DNA of 47,134 nt, the filler included, from Streblomastix strix (Eukaryota): assembly GCA_008636045.1 (NCBI GenBank). It is 2 parts of 2 records of this genome, joined end to end, with 100 filler letters (N's around TTAATTAATTAA, not from the genome) between each part and the next. Parts side by side here need not be neighbours in the genome. Positions count along the whole stretch, not along the records: positions 1 to 23,521 come from SNRW01000275.1; 1 more part is not named here. The stretch is one strand, 5' to 3'. Below the pieces are notes generated by a model. That model was not told where the DNA came from, did no database searches, and saw only the letters and a program-made list of their open reading frames with translations. Numbering within the stretch: position 1 is the stretch's first letter; every line of letters begins with the position of its first letter. A program made the position numbers and the translations under genes. Of the stretch, positions 1-13,100 are shown in pieces.

Positions 1-1850
1 TTAGTTAACGATGTTCCTCGTTCCAGAATTTCGTTGCTCCAGTCAAGCATAACGGATTGTGCATTCTCGTTTACCAGTTCTGTGTACCATATCTGGCCTG
101 GCTATAGTGGAGCTGTTATCATTGCATCGATCTGCTCTTCTCTGATCTTCTTCAGAACTGCTGAAATAAGAGGGATAGGAAGATGAATCTATAGGAGTTC
201 CTTCATTCATGTCTGTTTGAGAGCGTCGATTGCTATTTCTCCGTGTCCTCTTATTGTTGATATGAATCTTGGTAAGAGATTATTGAAGTGTTGTGAGAAT
301 AAATCTATTGTTGGGTTCTGGTTCATCTGAATACATGTCTGTCGAAAAATCTTCTCCTTTAGCTTGTAGTCTCCAGCTCTTGAAAGTCTACTTAGTGCGT
401 CTGCTATTTTGTTTTTAACTCCTGAGAGTTGAATAATCTGGATCTAAATTCCTAGTTTTTCTATTGATTAATGAACATGTTTGATTTCTTTTATTAATGA
501 AATTGATGTTCACCATTTCCAAATATCGAAAAATGTTATACTGTTATCGATTCTAGTCGCTAGGGATTGAATTCGCGAACTCTTTTAGACTTTAGCGAAA
601 CTTCGTAGACCTTAAGTTATAGCTTTAATTTCCTTATTGTTACTTGATAATTTCGCTTATCTTTTGTTACAGGTTCCATGAGCCATTGCAATCATTTTCA
701 GTTCTTTCTTTGATATTTAGCCCAATCCACTAGGTGCTGTATCTGTTGTCATTGTCATTTGTGGTGGTATCTGTACTAATTGTGCTGTTACGTTCACTCA
801 GAGTTTCGCTATCCACCAATTAATATCTGGAATTGCAGTTTTGTTCATTATCATTGTTGTATTTCATCCTCTCAGTTTTGCAGTTTGTGCTTACTGATGG
901 TCCATTATGTTCAGGAAGAGTGAAGCTTCTTAAAATTATAGTCTCAGATAATTCAGTTTTCCTATCAGTTTCGCTGTCCATTTTACTGTTATTTCTATTC
1001 TTGTCTGTGTCCATCTTCTCATATTGTATAAGTCGTGTTGAAGAAGTAATCTCTTCTTCGGTTTCGTTTTCACTGTTGCGTTTGCTAGATTCCATTCCCA
1101 TCCTAGGAATATTACTGTTTAATTCAGTTCTGTCTCGCTCTTTTCTGTGTTCATTGTGAACCCGAAATATTTTAGTGTATCTATTACATTCTGAGTCATA
1201 TTCTTTAGATATTCTTTGTTCTGGTGAAGGAGAAGGATATCGTCGTCGTTATTAATTACTCTAATCTCGGTTTTCATTCTTGTTTGTTGCATTGTTGGTT
1301 CCATTGCTGTTGCAAAGTATATTGGTGAGTGTTTGGTTCCAAATGGCAATGTTCTATATATGTAGTTGTTGTTCTGAAATTCTAATGCTAGATATGGTTG
1401 TGATTCTGTTTAAACTATTATTTGGTGAAATGCGGAGGAGAGGACTAATGTGCTCCAATCTTCAAGTCAATTGTTTGTTTCACCTCGTTCGAATCGTACA
1501 TCTTGAAGTGGAACTCTGCAATCTATTTATTCAACGCTTTCGCACCCAGTATCTTTCTCTATTTCCCGTTTGATTTTTTTATCATGAATGTCGGGTTATA
1601 CCATTTGATTTGCACTTTTTTAATCGGTATTACAAAATTCTCTTTTAGTTCTTCTTCTAACATTATCTTATACTCTTTCACTTCTTCTTATATTCCTCTA
1701 AATTTCATTATCTTTAACTTACGTCATAGCTTATTAATACTCTAATTTTCTTTCCATTGGAGGTTAAATCTTTATTGGATGAAATTTTTCAAGATAATTG
1801 TTTCCCATTTTTCCAAGTATCTTGCTGTCTGTCCCCTCATTCCTGTCAAA
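1..1850 (-). pseudogene. RT-RNase H-MT pol region of the DIRS-like element, disrupted
   Basis: The catalytic YxDD reads NDDD (1239-1250). There are in-frame TGA stops (e.g. 207-209) and frameshifts in RT (~1460) and RNase H (~710). Confidence 0.8.
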
Positions 1851-4400
1851 TATTTCTCTATACTCATTGTCGTTTTCAGGATTCTCAAAATCACCGCAAT
1901 CACTTCTTTACTCTTTTCTTTCGTAATCAGTCAAACTAATCCGGCTAGTCAGTCTCGGAATCGGGCTCTATTTCTTTCTGACTTTTTTGGAGTTGAATCC
2001 TTATTTCTGTTTCTTGGATCCTGCACTGGTCTTGTTGCTTTTGGAGTGTTTTGCGGACTTGTCTTCAGTAACTGGAGCTACATCTGCCTTTTTTCTCTGC
2101 TTCTACTGGGGTGTGAAGTGGTTAGGAATGTCAGAATTGGCTCCAGCTATGGGAATCCTTAAGGACTTATTAGGTACGGACTTTGGTTAACCTGTTTTGC
2201 TTCTAGTATCATTGTCGTTGGCTTGTTGTATCCTTTGTTTGAGTACTACAACTTTCCACTTAACTTAGCCTAATTATGGAGGTGTGGTGACTAAGGGTGG
2301 TTAGCCTTTGGATTAAGAAGTGATTGGATTTCTTAGTTCTTTTTCGGAATGGATTATCCGAGATGATCCTGTTTCTTTTAGTTAAGTATTTCCATTATCT
2401 TGCTAATTTTGGATTTCGTTGTTGGATCCTTAGTTGTTTTATTATCCTCCGGTTCTATTATCATTCACCTGCTCGTTATTGCTTTCATTGCCAGTGTTGT
2501 CCATTGCATAATGGTTTATATGTTCAATTTCGTTGGTTGCTGCCTGTAATTGCATCACACAACCGTTTCCTCCGTGTCCATCTGATCCGTCTACATTGTG
2601 AGGTGGAGTGTTGGCGGATATTTTTGTGATATTGATCTCGGGATTCGCTTCTCCGTTGACAGTGGCCTGTAACTGCATCCCGCAGTCATTCTTTCTGAGA
2701 CCATCGTTTCCGTTTGTGAAATGCTTGGGTTCGATTATGTGCTCAGATTGGTCATTGTCTTCATTGTCGTCTGTTCCATCAACTACGATTCTTTCTATTT
2801 AATTTGTTAATTGTACTTTGTCTTTGCTTTCTGTATCTGATTCTACAATTTGTTGTGCTACAAATGTAATTAAACCTATTACTGCTTCGGGTATTGATTG
2901 GTATATTTGGGGGTGTATGTTAATGAATCCAGAGACTCTACTACTGACATTTAGTAATCCTGGGATGTATGATTCTATTAGTAGATTCGCCGAAGCTTCG
3001 AGGTTGTCGTTTAGTCAAAGACAATAGGGAACAACGCCCTCGCGTAAGTCCCCATCAAATTAATTCCATTGCTCTTCCGAGAGATTTAGGACTTTTGGTC
3101 TGGGATTTGGTGATGGGCGATAGTCCTTAGGTGTATAGAAGAAAACATGACCGTCTTTGTTAGGATAATCTTTATACTATCATGATAACACGACGTTGGG
3201 TTTCTTCTTTTCTTCTTCAATAATTGGATTCATTATTTTGTGCATCCTTTCAATTATGTCCATTAGTTATGCATATTGGTGTAGTTTCGGCTATTTTCGC
3301 TCGGGTTCCTTTTCATTGTATCCTCATGGGTACCCTGCGGAAATTGTTCTAAATATAGTTAATGTTTCTTCCAATGAAGGTGTTGGTGAGTGTTGTTGAA
3401 GGTGTTGTGAAAGAGATTTGTGAGGTGAGTTGTGCTATTGACTTATGTAATTTAAGTCTATGTTTGGGTTTGCTTGAGTACTCTAGTCAGATTGTATAAG
3501 CGAAATGTGGTTTTTCAGTTCTAAATGCATTTGTTTCAAGTTTTCATTTACTTCTAGATCTTTTTATATTTATGATTGTTGTAATTGGGATTGTTATTGG
3601 TTCTTAACCTTTTATTATTTTCCAAATTCAATCTGTTTCTCTTTCTCTATTTATCTGAGACGTTCATCGTCTTCCATCCAGTACTTGTCTCCATAAGTTC
3701 ATGAGTATATTGTATTTTTTTCTTTCCAATATTCTTATATTTGTTAGCTGTTACTGCTTTTGCTGCTGCTACTGCTGCTATAACTCCTTTTTTTCTTTTT
3801 TCGCATCTTCATCTGGGATCTCCTCATCTTTTCCTCTCCCTTTCATATATTCTGATCGATTCGTTTCTTTTGTACTTTTCATGAGGACTTTGAAACTTAT
3901 ATTCCTTTCATAGATAGTGTAGTATGTTGATTTACTCTAATGAAAAGCCTGCATCTGAACAGAACTCTCACCAATCCATAAATGTAAAGGGCTTTGGTTC
4001 TGCTAACTTGCAATACCATTTCGAGTTCTTGTATTTGATCCCACTGGAATCTCTTACCAAATCGTATCTTCTATTTTACCATGTTCGCTGAGCTGTTTCT
4101 ATGTCAGTCTTGTGCGGTAGTTAATATGACATTGCTATTCCCTATAATATTTCATCCAGAAAGTCATCTTCTTCAGATTCGTCGGTTCTCTTGTGTAAGG
4201 GAGAAATTAATCTTTAACTTTGCACTAATTATAAATTTCTCTCTGTTGTGTAGGATAGCAGTGGTATTCGAAAAGTTTGTTTTTACGGATATGCTGGTAT
4301 CGGTGGAATTAACAAATTGTATATACTTCTGGTTGTCGTTGTAGCCTGACGCGATCTTCCATCCGTTTATGATTCAGCTCATTCGAATTGTTGAATGTGT
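1..4400 (-). mobile_element. Degenerate DIRS-like (tyrosine-recombinase class) retrotransposon, running off the window's left edge; upstream boundary approximate
   Basis: Minus strand gives RT motifs (KWYNPTFMIKK, LSSAFH, YRTLPFG, INNDDDILL, FGFTMNTEKS), then RNase H (REIKAIT, NKIADALSR), then a DIRS-type methyltransferase-like region (IDLFSQHFNNLLPRF...APLxPGQIWY). A gag-like, Q/N-rich region lies upstream (~2100-4400). The YR gene itself is not in the window. Confidence 0.8.
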
Positions 4401-4829
4401 TGAATCAGATTTTATTAGTCTCTTACGTTTTCATTACTTGGTAATCGGGGTTCGCTTATTTGTTTTCAAGGTAAGTTCATCGTTGGTAAATATGGATTGA
4501 ATAATAGGATATCCAAAACTGAATTGGATAAATCGTTTATTGCATTAGCCTTCCAAAGTATTTAAAGGGTTATCGAAGTGAATATTTTCTCTGTATTTAT
4601 TATTGAGGGGATTGGTAGCAAAATATGTTGAATAGTGCGTATGAATTCAGGTTCTACTGTTGTAATTGACTCAGTAGTGGTAAAAACGTAGTTGATTGAG
4701 TTTCAGATATCGGTTTTCTAGCGAGATCTTGATCTCATTTTAGCGGCACTATCTCTGGATTGCTCCAAATCTAGTCTACAACTTATTGTGCGGTCAGCTT
4801 CTTCAGTTCCTAGTCCAGTTTTCCGGTGA

Positions 4830-5596
4830 AGACTAAAATTCTTGTCAATTGCATGTCTACAGAAGTCGGATGTGCTCTCTCACTCTGGGATAACGCTCGC
4901 AACGATCTCAGCATCTAATTATTGTATACTGGACGTATTACTGGTGGCGATTGTATTATCAATAGGTACCCTTGTTCAGTCGCGTCTATCTGCGCTCAAG
5001 TCATGTTTACCTTGCAAATCATGTCGTACATGCTTATTAACGTGCAAAAATTGAATTTCCGAGTTGATAACCAGTCTCATTTCACGATCTATGTCAGTGA
5101 TCGCTATAGCAGTCTGTACTGCTGCTGCAATTTCGTGTCCAAATCGGTTAGAACTTGGTCAATGGCGAGCTTCGGTTGCGCTGGTGGATTATTATGATTA
5201 TGTGGTTTCCTGCGCATTACCAAGCCTGGCGCTGCTTTTGCGTATTGTCAAGCTTCTACGACTTGCTCATCTGATAGATCTTCCGCGTAAAAATCAATTT
5301 GCAACGTTTTCTGTCCCAAGAGTCCATCCAAGATCACCAGTGATGTAGCTGTCGTGATCTGAGGTACTTCATCTAATATCGCTATTGTTTAATCAAGGTC
5401 CTGCGGGTGTATCTCCAAGTTCTGGTGGAATGCGTTCACAAATGTCGGTTACGGCTGCGCGGCGACCTGCAGCGGGTTTTGCGGTACTAAGTTTGCGTAG
5501 TTCGGTGTTTAATAGGAATCCCTGCTCGATGGACATCTGTTGGTTTAATTGATCCTGCGCTAAATTCTTTCTTTTGCAGTTTTTCTTAATGGCCAC
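4830..5596 (-). pseudogene. GC-richer degenerate ORF, probably a gag-like remnant of a mobile element
   Basis: Higher GC than the flanks, intronless, and a long minus-strand frame (DLDQTIAILDEVPQ...KLAIDQVLTDLDTKLQQQYRLL) broken by several TGA. No diagnostic motif recognised. Confidence 0.35.
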
Positions 5597-6229
5597 CCCA
5601 TTGTAAACATTGTTTGGGGAATGATCAGAAGAATCACTTCTAATGGTTTATGGTAAACACTCAATAAAGGTGAAGTTGTTAGAAATAATATATACACTCC
5701 TCAGTTGCCAATATGGGACTATCAGTAATTATATAAATATTTTTGAATATTTTACAATCATTACAATTAATTTTATCATAAATATGTTTAATTTATAGAA
5801 TTAATATATATTTAATAATAATTAGTTATTTAAGTTATGATTACGTCAAATATATAAAACTTTTATGCAAAAATATTAAAAAAATTAATATTAAAATTTA
5901 TTTATAATTATCCATATTTATAAAATTAGGAATTTATCCAAAATTATATTCATTTTAATATTATTATATTTCATTATAAAAATAAAATTTGATTTACAGT
6001 ATAAATATATTAAACAATTGTGACTCATTTTGCATTTTTTAATTCAAAATTTATTTATATTATCTAATTCAAATATTTAATATATTATATTGTATTAATA
6101 TACTAATTTAATATGTAATATAATTCAAATTTTTTTCCTGAATTCATTAATTTACTATTTAATATATTTATAAACTATCAATATATATATTTACGATCCA
6201 TATTTGTCTTCCAATCTTTATAATCAATT

Positions 6230-7000
6230 TAGTAAATTTCTCATAAAATAATCTCAAAATTAGCTGGTGTGAATTCTTTGAGACACCCAAAAAGTAATAA
6301 GTCATGAAAACTTTTCTACATCTAACGTAACTGTCTTCCAATATTTACTATTGTCTTTTGTTTGATTAAATGTTTTATATATTCTTTCTAATTCTCCATT
6401 GTTAATTCAATATCTTTTCCATTATATTTTAGTTCAATTTCTTTCATTTGATCAAATTCTATGATTGTAAGTATGAAATTAATCATTAATCCAAATAGAT
6501 CATTCATGGTAATGAAAACAAGTTACTAATAATAAGCATCAGCATCAATCGGTTCCTGATCAGACTGAAGGAAACGAAAATCAAAAAGAGTTATATCTAA
6601 CAAATGTATGAAGTGAGTATCAACTTGGAAATTCTATATATAAACTTTTATAAGAACTCTGTTCAAGAATCTAAAATATAAATGATCGTGATTCATATAT
6701 AGTAATGAAATGATGTGATATATATATCTACATCTCCTTTTTAAAAGTACAAAATTCTGGTTTGAGAAATTAAGTAGGATTAAAATGAACCATTCTCTGT
6801 ATTAACCACCATAGTCAACAGAATCTTCATAAAATATAAGAATATTCAATACGAACTTCAATTTTTCCAGATCAGTCTTCATGAATGCGCTGAATGAATC
6901 TTCTAAGATTAGTTTTCTTCAAAAATTTGCATTTCATTCGAGGTTTCTGTTACAAAACAATTGGTTCCGGTTATCTTTTGGATTCTATGTACCTTCGATG
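6230..7000 (-). pseudogene. HECT-domain E3 ubiquitin ligase remnant
   Basis: Minus-strand translations ILEDSFSAFMKTDLEKLK...EDSVDYGGQYREWF, YFRFLNR and KEIELKYNGKDIELTMENQKEYIKHL match HECT N-lobe motifs. The frame is broken and no catalytic C-lobe was seen. Confidence 0.65.
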
Positions 7001-7769
7001 CAGTGAGAGTCTTCCAATGAATGAAAATGAAAGATCAATACCAGATTCTTCACTAAAAGCGTTCCATATTTGTGCATATACAGATCTTTCCAGTGAATAA
7101 ACAAAATTTTTACTATTTTGATCTTAGCTCATCCATTATCATTTGACGGAATTATTTCATGAGCTCTTTCTTTAAATGCTAATCTAACATCATCAAACAA
7201 AACAATAATTGTATTATGGTTAGATTTTCAAATGAAACAAATTGAAACACAAAGTTGGGCTGATGGAGCATCATATATTGAAGTTGCTGAATATTTTGAA
7301 ATATTATTGTAATTTCGACATTACTTTTAATTTTATTGTCGATTTCAAACGAATCATAAAAAATTTTGTTGAAAATGGACAGCACTAATTGTGAAAAATA
7401 TAATTTAAACAAATTTATTATAATTTCATAATTTAATTAACTTAACATTAAGTTAGAATTTTCATTTTCGTTTGGATTTTCTTTTGAACTACTAAGAAAA
7501 AATCGTAAAATTTCTAATTAAAATTTAAGGAATGACGATATGTTTATAAAAATGATAGAAATATATATTTTTTATTTATATAACCGTGTTTTCTGAGCAT
7601 TTTTTTTTAATCTAGTTTATTTGCTCGATATTTTTATTGAATTTCTCATTATAACCAAATAAATTAATTGTTTCAATTATTCACTATTAAATTCAATAAT
7701 TCTTACACTAATTTAAAATCTATAAATCTGATAAATACGCTTGCTAAATTTCCGCAATTAAAACACTTT

Positions 7770-8165
7770 TTTACGACAGCCTCACACTAGTTAACAACTG
7801 CTAACTATTGATTAACTGTTGCCACACACTTATTTAACAATTTCTGCACACTGGTTAACGACTGTTGCATGCTGGCTTACGACTGCCTGACACTGGCTTA
7901 CGACTGCCGGACACTGCTTTGCAACTGCCGGACACTGGTTTACGACTGGCGCAGACTTATTTACAACTGCCGCACACTTATTTTCGATTATAAAACGCTT
8001 ATTTTCGACTGCAAAGCACTTATTTACGACTGCAAAGTACTTATTTACGACTGATACACATTTATTAACGACTACTAAACACTTATTTACGACTGATACA
8101 TATTTATTAACGACTACAAAACACTTATTTAGGACTGCAAAACACTTTTTTACAATTGCAGCTCA
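7770..8165. repeat. Degenerate ~21-bp tandem minisatellite (consensus ~ACACTTATTTACGACTGCnnn)
   Basis: Units such as acactggcttacgactgccgg and acacttatttacgactgatac recur at ~21-bp spacing. Confidence 0.85.
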
Positions 8166-8553
8166 AATATTTATTACTTTTTCACTTTTAAGACTAATTA
8201 TCCATTTCAAGCTAAATTGTACAAAATGTATATTTATTTACTTCCATTTAATTACATAGAGAAAAATAATTAAGGTGATATTAGATAGTTTGATTTGTTT
8301 CACAGTTATTAAATAATTTTTAATTTTCACACTTTAATTAATAATTTCAATACAATTTTAATCTCTGTTAAATTTTAATTAACCATTAAGTAGTTTTATT
8401 ATTAAAAGAATTTAGTTTGAAATTGTAGAATACTAGTAATAACATATAAAATTTAAAACTCGTTTAATAAATTTATAAATGAGTTGTCTATATCTTTATG
8501 TCAATCTATAATCAATAATATTATTGCTTCTGCAATCTTTTATCTTCATTGTC

Positions 8554-9795
8554 TCACCAGAAGAGCATCATAACTGGCAATACAACAGCTACAACAACTA
8601 CACTCAATATTGCTCTAAATGATCCAGATGCGCAAATATCCCTATCTGAAGTATGTCTGGGATCTCTTTCATATTCATCTGTTCCTATCTACGGACATGG
8701 ACAGTCTTCTTTCGGTGTTGTTACTGCAATTGAATCGCAGTAATTTGGTTGTGGAAGGAAGCTGCCATCAAAGATGAAACGACCTGACACTCCATTTGGC
8801 GATCCTTCAGATATACCTTCAGAACCAAAGAAAATATAGCTTGTTTATATTGAGTAGTCGGTGTATGTAGTAGAATCAGCAACTACTTACTATGGAATGA
8901 CTCTAGCTACATGCCATATATAAAACTTCTATGAAGATTCCTCTTATATGTAATCTCCCCAGCCAAATATGATTTCGTTTTTCTCTGTCAAAATTGGCCC
9001 ATATCTGATCAGAATTTCTTTCAAATCTTCACTTCCGGCTCCTTCAAAGTAACCGAACTTGTAATTTGTGAGGAACTTGTTGATTGCTGTTATGTTGTCA
9101 TCACAGATGGTTGGAATTGGTGGAAGAGCTGTGCCTGGAGCATCTGTGTGACCAGGAAGAACAATTTCGTTACTAAGTAATAATATTAAATTATAATACA
9201 ATTATAATAATAGTAATAATTTAAATTATATAAATATATAGAATTACTATATAATAGTATAATCAATTTCATACCTCACACAATCACTATCCACAACTCC
9301 GTTAATCTCAAACGATGCGTCAAGATAATTCTAAGCTGGATTACAATTTCTCTGAACTTCACCTTTTTCTTCTTAAATAACATTATTTGTCTTAACTTTC
9401 TTTATAACATCATTTGGAAGAGCTTCCATAGCATATGTAATTGATGGATCTATATTGACTGTGTTGTTGTACGCATATGCAGCTATGCTAATCAATGCTC
9501 TTTTAGAGGCTGATGTGTAGTCATTGATAACTGGGCACTTGGAGGAATTAAATCCAAGTGGGGTAAATCCTTTTAAACTTTAGATTTGCTCGTAATAAAT
9601 GAACTAGAAATAATCTGCATCTTTATTGACATTGGGTAAAACTGGACGGCTTGTGACATTAATTATATCAGGGGATGTTGAATCAATAATGAGTTAGTCA
9701 TTATAAATGAATACTTTATCGTGATAGAATTCAAACGTGTCAGTATTTCTCGCTCCAAATAAGAATTACGAAAAAATTAGTACAAAGATCAGCAT
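8554..9795 (-). CDS. Secreted/surface protein with a divergent papain-like region and hydrophobic C-terminal anchor; 2 exons (intron 9173-9274)
   Basis: With TAR=Gln: signal-like N-terminus MLIFVLIFSQFLFG, then LKEILIRYGPI...IIFGWG, and C-terminus CPCP...DPR...ICASGSFRAILSVVVVAVVLPVMMLFW-TGA. A GT-AG intron keeps the frame. Confidence 0.7.
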
Positions 9796-10163
9796 ATATG
9801 AAAGATCTAATAAATAAAAATGAAACGAAAATTTGATTAAGTAATTAAATGTGTAGAAAGTTTGCGTTAAAAAAGTTAATTTTTAAAAATATCCGTTTTC
9901 TATGTAAACTAAACTAAAAAAATAATAATTGATCAATTTATTTTTATTATATTTAATACATATGATAAATTAAAATAAAAAAGGATTTGAAATGTGCTAT
10001 TAAGGTGTAAATATTAAAAAATATTTGTAAATCAAAATTTATTGTATAAAGAAAGGTATTTTATTATAATACCTTTGTACAAAATTAGTACTATATTTTT
10101 GCATAATATTTTCAACAACAAAATAAATAATTCAACTTGTGGGGCTCTGAACAAAGAAATTAG

Positions 10164-13100
10164 ATGGAATTCGAAGAGGCTCCTGAATTGATGGTATACA
10201 TTATTAAAAACTCTATTCTGATTGTTTGTAGCAAATTAATTATAAACCACCTGAATTCAACTGAGTGGACAAAAAATCACATTTTTCTTTCTCTCTATGC
10301 CAGAGCACAACTACCAGTTAGTTTGTTAAAATTCTCAAATCTGGTGATGACGATTAGCGAATAAAATCCATTCAAAGTTTACTCCGATACGCTGCAGGAG
10401 GTCTATAAAAACCAAAATGAAAATGATTTTTTTAATAATTATTTTCTCTTTCTTTTAAACATTGCCATACTTTTTGCTTTTTTAGGATATGAGAACTTTG
10501 AAAAACTTGTAAAATAAAATGTATTTGATGAAATTTCTAACGTCGCACGGAGCTGTGGACATGGACCACTATTTGTTTGATTTTGCTTTCCCCTTACTTT
10601 TTATCAATCATTATTCATACATATGTATGTGTAATATAGCTTATATGCGATACTGCAAAATGGATGTACCAATGCACGAGAAAAGTCTCAGAGAGCAAAG
10701 CAGATGAAATCTACCATCTTCGACATGAACTAGAAGAATTGAAATCGAAATTGAAACTTGATTGACAGAGTGCATTACTTGGAACTGGAAATTTGTATCG
10801 CGGATTGAATGAATATGAAGAATATCCGATCTTAAAAGAAATGAAAAGATTATAAGCATCGTTAATTGAAAAAGATAAAGAATTATCTAATTTTTTAATA
10901 GATCGAAATACATTATAAAAAGAAAACGAAGAATTGAGAAATAATCTAGATAAAAACTAGAAAGGAAATAATGAACTTAGCAAAACATATGAAGAATATG
11001 TAAAGAAATACAAAGATCTGAAAGATAAATATAATAAGTTAAAATCCTTGTACAACTAAAGTGAACATAATAATGAAGACGAACGAAAAAAGAATGAAGA
11101 ATTATCTAAAAAGCTTAAAGCTCTCCAGGCTGAATATGATAAACTACAAGAATTATTTAAGAAGAATGAATAAGAATTGAATGAATTAAATAAATAATTT
11201 GTTGATAAAGAACACCAGCTTCTTGTATTGAACGATGAACATGAAAATTTGTATGAACAATACATTAATAACTTGAAAGAACTTGAATAAGAACAAAAGA
11301 AAAATTAAGATTTAGAATAAAATTACAAAAACCTCCAGTAAGAAAATGAAGAATTGAAAAAATTGATTAAGAAGAATAATTAAGAATTAGATGAATTAAG
11401 CAAATAATTTGAAGATTAATCTAAAAATCTTATTTCATCAAAGAAAGAAAATGAATATTTGAAATCTACATTGGAGAAAAATGAGAAAGAACTTGAAGAA
11501 GAAAGAAAGAAGAAATCAGAATTATAAAATAAATTAACAAATCTTCAAACCAAATTTAATTAACTTTAATTAAACAATTAAAAACTATTAAATAATCTTG
11601 AAGTTGAGCGTAGTAAGATTTAAGAGTTAAATAAGAAATTTAAATCTCTTCAAGCAGAATATGATTAATTAAGAATTATTCTTAAAAAAACCGAATTAGA
11701 TTTAGGTGAATTGAATAAAAATTATGAAGATTTATTATAAAAGAATTAAGCACTATAATCTGAATTTGATAAATTGAGCAAAGAACATGAAAATTTAAAT
11801 AAATAATATTAATAATTATAAGAATCGAAAAGGAATGTTGAAAATGAATTGAATTTACTTTAATAATAGTATGATAAATTGATATCAGCGCATGAAATAA
11901 GTTAGAATGAACTTGAATCAGAAAGAAAGAATTATTAAGAATTAAATAAATAATTTGAAGATTAAAAATTATCACATAAGAAAGAATTGAATGTGTTGAA
12001 CTAACAATATGAAGATTAAATTAAAAAATATGAATAATTAAAAGATAAACATGATAAATTAAGATCAGCAAAAGGAATTAATGAAAAAGAACTTGAATAA
12101 TAACAAAAGTATAACAAAGATTTAATAAATTAATTCTAAGCACTTTAAGATTAATATGATATTTTAAAATAAGAAAAAGAAAAAATTGATAATTAGCTTG
12201 AAGAAGAAACGAAGAAGAATTAAGAATTGAATGTTAAATTTAATAAGCTTCAATCTGATTATGATTAATTAAATGCCATTCTTAATAAAACGTAATCAAA
12301 TTTAGATGAGATGAATAAAAAATATGAAGATTTATTATAAAAGAATTAAGCACTATAATAATAATATGATAAATTGAGTAAAGAACATGAAAATAAAAAT
12401 CAATAATATTAATAATTATAAGAATCGAAAAGGAATGTTGAAAATGATTTAAATTTACTTTAATAATAGTATAATAAATTGATATCAGCGCATGAAATAA
12501 ATTAGAAAGAACTTGAATAAGTAAGAAAGAAGAATTCAAATTTAAATAAATAATTTGAAGATTAAAAATTATCACATAAGAAAGAATTGGATGTATTGAA
12601 CTAGCAATATGAAGATTTATTTAAAAAATATGAATAATTAAAAGATAAACATGATAAATTAAGATCAGCAAAAGGAATTAATGAAAAAGAACTTGATGAT
12701 GAAAGAAAGAAAAATTATGATTTAGAAATCAAATTAAAAGATTACGAAAACAAAGTGAATGCTCTTCAATTACTTTATGATTAATTGAAAGCAGATAAAG
12801 AAGCTCGAGATAAAGAATTTGATAATGAATAAAAGAAGAATTAAGAATTAGATAATAAATTGAAAGCTCTTTAAGCTGAATATGACAAATTGAAAACTGC
12901 TGATGATAAATTAAAGAAAGATCTTGATAATTAGAAAAAGAAATATAAAGAATTAGAAGCAAAACAAAAAGCTCTTCAAGATTAATATGATCAATTAAAA
13001 TTAGCAGATGAATAATTAAAAAAAGAACTTGAAGCAGAACGTTTGAAAAGTTCAGATTTATAAAAGAAAATGAATATTCTTCAATCTAAATATGATGAAT

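Noticed and set aside
1119..1349. RT as part of a diversity-generating retroelement acting on the fibre genes
   Set aside because: The RT is DIRS-type with RNase H, is inactivated, and lies across an artificial linker. No TR/VR pair with adenine-specific differences was seen.
7770..8165. CRISPR array
   Set aside because: Tandem degenerate units without unique spacers, eukaryotic context, and no cas genes.
8479..8990. Plus-strand ORF (MSHQKSIITG...)
   Set aside because: The opposite strand gives a coherent gene with signal peptide, GT-AG intron and C-terminal anchor.
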